Below are positions 60,814 to 64,000 of a DNA stretch of 64,000 bases, in pieces (the first letter of the stretch is position 1; every line of letters starts with the position of its first letter). Source of the stretch: Terriglobales bacterium (GTDB taxonomy: Bacteria; Acidobacteriota; Terriglobia; Terriglobales; Acidobacteriaceae); the NCBI GenBank assembly GCA_049697355.1, contig JBAVVP010000163.1, positions 1,169 to 65,168 of the forward strand, given 5' to 3'. Made by a program: the position numbers and the translations under genes. The notes under the pieces were generated by a model that saw nothing but the letters and a program-made list of their open reading frames with translations, was not told the origin of the DNA and made no database searches.

Positions 60814-62583
60814 CTACTTCGCCGGCTCCTTGACTAAAACGATACGGTCGCCTGCGACGTCGCGTAGTTGCTGCGTTGTGCCGGAGGGCCAGCGGATCTC
60901 GACCAGATCCGCCGAGGGATTCGTTCCCAAGCCAAAATGGACCGGTCCGGCGCTGGACGAAGCATAGCCCGCGGCCGTTGACATATGGTCATATTGCGTA
61001 CCGCTCTTGGTCACCACCTTGATGCGTGCCCCGATGCCATCGCGATTGCTCTTGGTTCCTTGAAGCTTGAGTTCCAGCCAATGGTTGTTGCCCGGGCTCT
61101 GGTTGATCCAAATCTCCGCTGGAGCATTTAGTGCACTCACGACCACGTCGATACGCCCATCTCCGTTCAAGTCACCGATGGCGGATCCCCGGTGCCGGGC
61201 AGGGGGGCGTGAGGTTAGCCCGGCCTCGGCGGTCAACGCGGCGAACTTCATCCCACCCAGATTGCGGAAGACCGTGTTCGGTTGTTCCACGGTTATGCGA
61301 GGCGCGGACAAAAGAGACTGAACGTGCCCGCGCGAAACAAAGATGTCTTTCCAGCCGTCGTTGTCGAAATCGGCGATCGTCGGAGAATAACCGGCCATGG
61401 GCAAGCTCTGGCTGGTCACGCCGCTCGATTCCGTCACTTCGACGAAACTTCCTTTTCCAGTGTTCCGATAGATCGGAAATGTTTCATTGTCCAGGGCGAC
61501 CACGACAATGTCGGGATAGCCATCATTATCAAGATCGCGGAAATCGGCACCCATCCCGGAGATGAAGATGCCGTCTTCGCGTAACGCCACATTGGCGTCG
61601 AATCCAATTTCCTCAAAGCGCGAACCGTTTATGTTTCGGAAAAACCAATTGAACAGCTTGTCGTTGGTGATGAAGAGATCCATGCGGCCGTCAAGGTCAA
61701 AGTCAGCCACTGCCGCTCCCATGCCTTTTCCAGGATGCGCGCGGAATCCATACTCGATCGAGGCATCCCTGAAAGTCCCGTCGCCGTTGTTGAGGAATAA
61801 CTGGTTCGGGGTCGGCTTATACATTTTTGGATGACAGTAGTCGCGATGGCCCTCGTCCTGACAAACTGGTTCGTGCTCCCCATCCCACTTGAGATAGTTG
61901 ATGACTACCAGGTCCAGCAGGCCGTCATTGTTCACGTCCACCCAAACGCCGCCGACCGACCAGAGCGGGCCGTACTCAGCATCGGGCTTATTGAGACCCG
62001 CCTTGGCGGTCACATCGGTGAAGGTTCCGTCCCCGTTGTTGTGGTAGAGCGTATTGTGGTGCACTCCGCCAACGAAGATATCTTCGTACCCGTCGTTGTC
62101 GTAATCACCAATGGCTACGCCGGTGTCGTAGCCAGTGCCCGCCAGCCCCGCCTTGGCGGTGACGTCGGTGAAATGTCCTTTGCCGTCATTTTCGAAAAGG
62201 CGGTTCGAATATTTCGGAGAACTTTTTTTGAGCGTGTCGATATCGGCGCCGTTGGCGAAGAAGATGTCCAGCTTGCCGTCGTTGTTGTAGTCAAAGACCG
62301 CCACGCCCCCAGCCATGGTTTCCGGCGCATGGCGCACGGGCGTCTCGCAACTGTCCAGTGTAAAGTCGATGGGTTGGTAGGCAAACTGGATAGGACTTTC
62401 GCGCGGCTTGTCAGTGGTCTCCGCCGCCCGCGCCGTTTGTCCGAGGGCCGGCAGAAGGAATGGGCTCGGCGCGCGCCGGCTCGATGGTGCGAACAGCGAC
62501 AATGCGGCAATGGTAACTCCCAGCTTCCAGTTCTTCATCGCCGGTTCACGCTGCACCCTCGAGTTCGTTCTCCAGCGCGCCAC
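60814..62583 (-). CDS. CRTAC1-family protein: FG-GAP/VCBS repeats plus ASPIC/UnbV C-terminal domain
   Basis: Repeated DxNxDGxxD(I/L) blocks (FDYNNDGKLDIFF, GDYDNDGYEDIFV, VDVNNDGLLDLVV, ADFDLDGRMDLFI, RDLDNDGYPDIVV, ADFDNDGWKDIFV, GDLNGDGRIDVVV). The C-terminus has NRDGIGARIKV...GYASSS, typical of ASPIC/UnbV. The alternative start ATG 62538 gives a signal peptide. Confidence 0.85.
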   Translation of the reverse strand: MARWRTNSRVQREPAMKNWKLGVTIAALSLFAPSSRRAPSPFLLPALGQTARAAETTDKPRESPIQFAYQPIDFTLDSCETPVRHAPETMAGGVAVFDYNNDGKLDIFFANGADIDTLKKSSPKYSNRLFENDGKGHFTDVTAKAGLAGTGYDTGVAIGDYDNDGYEDIFVGGVHHNTLYHNNGDGTFTDVTAKAGLNKPDAEYGPLWSVGGVWVDVNNDGLLDLVVINYLKWDGEHEPVCQDEGHRDYCHPKMYKPTPNQLFLNNGDGTFRDASIEYGFRAHPGKGMGAAVADFDLDGRMDLFITNDKLFNWFFRNINGSRFEEIGFDANVALREDGIFISGMGADFRDLDNDGYPDIVVVALDNETFPIYRNTGKGSFVEVTESSGVTSQSLPMAGYSPTIADFDNDGWKDIFVSRGHVQSLLSAPRITVEQPNTVFRNLGGMKFAALTAEAGLTSRPPARHRGSAIGDLNGDGRIDVVVSALNAPAEIWINQSPGNNHWLELKLQGTKSNRDGIGARIKVVTKSGTQYDHMSTAAGYASSSAGPVHFGLGTNPSADLVEIRWPSGTTQQLRDVAGDRIVLVKEPAK

Positions 62584-62641
62584 GAAGCCGCTTCCGCACT
62601 CCAGTGTACCTCCTCTTCAGCAGCTGGTTCTATGCAGCCAC

Positions 62642-64000
62642 CTATTCCGGCAATTTCTGTTCGCCGCGAATTGAAAAGGAAGTCTCCACCACCGTGGCAC
62701 CTGTCCCCGGTTGTCCTCCACCTACGCTGATGCGGTAGGGGCCCGCGGCCACGATTCGATCTCCAGCTTCGTTTACCTGACTCAAGTCGCGCGCTGGCAG
62801 TGTGAAGGCTACATGCCGTGTTTCACCAGCGCCCAGGTGAACTCGTGTGAAGCCCCGAAGCGCTCGAATGGGAGCGCCCGCCGATTCGGGAAAGTGCAAG
62901 TAGAGTTCCGCCACCTCGTCTCCTGCTCGTTCGCTTGCGTTCCTGACGTCGACTTCGACGCTGAGGGGATCGCCTGCGTTCAACTCGCTGGCGGAAATCT
63001 TAAGCTTGCTGTAGGTAAATTTCGAGTAACTCAGCCCGTAGCCGAAACGGTAGAGCGGTTGTCCATTGAAGTACCGATACGTCCGGTTCTTCATGGAATA
63101 GTCTTCAAACGGCGGCAACTGCTGGACTCCTCTATAGAAGGTCACTGGCAACCGCCCCGCCGGGTTGTTGGCACCGGACAGCGTCTGTGCAATCGCAGTC
63201 CCGCCTTCCTCGCCGGCGTACCAGGCGTCTAGAATTGCGTTGGCGTGTTGGGCAGCCCAGTTCACCGAGAGAGCGCTGCCGTTCATCAGGACAACGACGA
63301 CCGGCTTGCCGGTACCTTGGAGCGCTTCGAGAAGGTCTTCCTCCTCTTTGGGCAGGTCGAGGCTGATTCGATCTCCGCCCTTGAAGCCGGGTACGTCCAC
63401 TTTCATTTCTTCGCCTTCCAGCTTCGACGTAATGCCGACCACAGCAACGACTATATCCGCGGCCTTTGCCAACAACGTCGCGTCGCCGATTGGATCCGCG
63501 ATCACTGGCAGCCATGAAAACTTTGTTCCGAATCCCCCTCGCAGATATTCGATCTTCACCGCGTAGCGATGTCCCTTCTCCAGTTGCATGGTCACGATCG
63601 AAGGCTTGGGGTCGTGTAACTCTGGATCATCAACGATCAGCTTTCCATCAAACCAAAGCCTGTTCCTGGAGCCCTCCAGCCCGACTTGGTACGTGCCCGA
63701 TTCTGCCGGAGTCAAGAAGCCTGTCCACCGCGCTGAGAACTCCTTCATCCCGGCCGGCAACATGAGCGCAGAGGAATCCGGGTGGAAGAGTTGCAGATCG
63801 ACGTAATTGTCTACGCGAACAGTTTGCGGCGAGCCAGAAAAGTCTGCCCCGGCAAAATATTCCCCCTTGAGCCCAGCTTGCCCATCGTCGGTCGAGAGCA
63901 CCGCCGCTGGGATCACCGCTAGTTCGCGCAGGAAGTTCATGCCGGGCTCGAAACTTACCTGGGCCGCGCCAAATTGCTTTTGAATGCCCTCCAGTGCGGT
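62642..64000 (-). CDS. GH3 glycosidase with inserted PA14 domain; 5' end beyond the right edge of the window
   Basis: The track starts at an internal M (63940), but the frame stays open to nt 64000 (TALEGIQKQFGAAQVSFEPG-MNFL...). PA14-like GLKGEYFAGADFSG...WTGFLTP...GTYQV, and a GH3 C-domain VVVLMNGSALSVNW, FGYGLSYSKF. Confidence 0.85.
   Translation of the reverse strand, partial: TALEGIQKQFGAAQVSFEPGMNFLRELAVIPAAVLSTDDGQAGLKGEYFAGADFSGSPQTVRVDNYVDLQLFHPDSSALMLPAGMKEFSARWTGFLTPAESGTYQVGLEGSRNRLWFDGKLIVDDPELHDPKPSIVTMQLEKGHRYAVKIEYLRGGFGTKFSWLPVIADPIGDATLLAKAADIVVAVVGITSKLEGEEMKVDVPGFKGGDRISLDLPKEEEDLLEALQGTGKPVVVVLMNGSALSVNWAAQHANAILDAWYAGEEGGTAIAQTLSGANNPAGRLPVTFYRGVQQLPPFEDYSMKNRTYRYFNGQPLYRFGYGLSYSKFTYSKLKISASELNAGDPLSVEVDVRNASERAGDEVAELYLHFPESAGAPIRALRGFTRVHLGAGETRHVAFTLPARDLSQVNEAGDRIVAAGPYRISVGGGQPGTGATVVETSFSIRGEQKLPE

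Noticed and set aside
1-64000. A scan for CRISPR arrays, tRNA/rRNA genes, transposases, integrases, phage genes, toxin-antitoxin pairs and known defence genes
   Set aside because: I found no array of spaced direct repeats, no tRNA T-arm (GGTTCGAATCC-like) signature in the intergenic regions, and no ORF resembling mobile-element or defence proteins. This was a by-eye scan only, so short or degenerate elements could have been missed.

Overview
This is 64 kb of high-GC bacterial chromosome, densely coding, with about 45 credible genes. I saw no rRNA, tRNA, CRISPR array, transposase or integrase. The gene content suggests a soil Acidobacteriota-type genome: many signal-peptide or Tat exo-glycosidases without SusC/D, a CRTAC1/ASPIC-UnbV protein, and DUF2934 and DUF362 proteins. 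That placement is inference only.

The window has three blocks.

(i) 1-4325, minus strand. This is an operon of a NapH-NapG-like fused polyferredoxin, a small lipoprotein, a Tat-signal DUF362 protein and a Tat-signal radical SAM enzyme. The radical SAM gene is absent from the supplied ORF track because it runs off the left edge. This operon is my top candidate for an undescribed system.

(ii) 4.7-12.8 kb. This block holds:
- a trio of an AcsA-like adenylating ligase, a stand-alone ACP and a Kbl-like alpha-oxoamine synthase;
- a cNMP-binding-only protein and a CFA-synthase homologue;
- a DUF2934-Hsp20 fusion preceded by an SD-occluding hairpin;
- two tiny ORFs and an output-less Cache sensor.

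(iii) 13.3-64 kb. This is a large hemicellulose side-chain utilisation island (xyloglucan, arabinoxylan, glucuronoxylan). It contains:
- glycosidases GH42, 2x GH31, GH27, GH29, GH127, 2x GH51, GH94, 2x GH3 and GH115;
- two carbohydrate esterases, a mutarotase, a FucI-like isomerase, XylA/XylB and a cellobiose-2-epimerase-like protein;
- two SSF transporters and one GPH transporter;
- two LacI regulators plus a LacI remnant.

A 14-bp palindrome, CGTAAACGTTTACG, recurs in three of the island's promoter regions.

All family calls come from reading the translated ORFs and recalling family motifs. No database search or computation was possible, so subfamily names and start codons are provisional.
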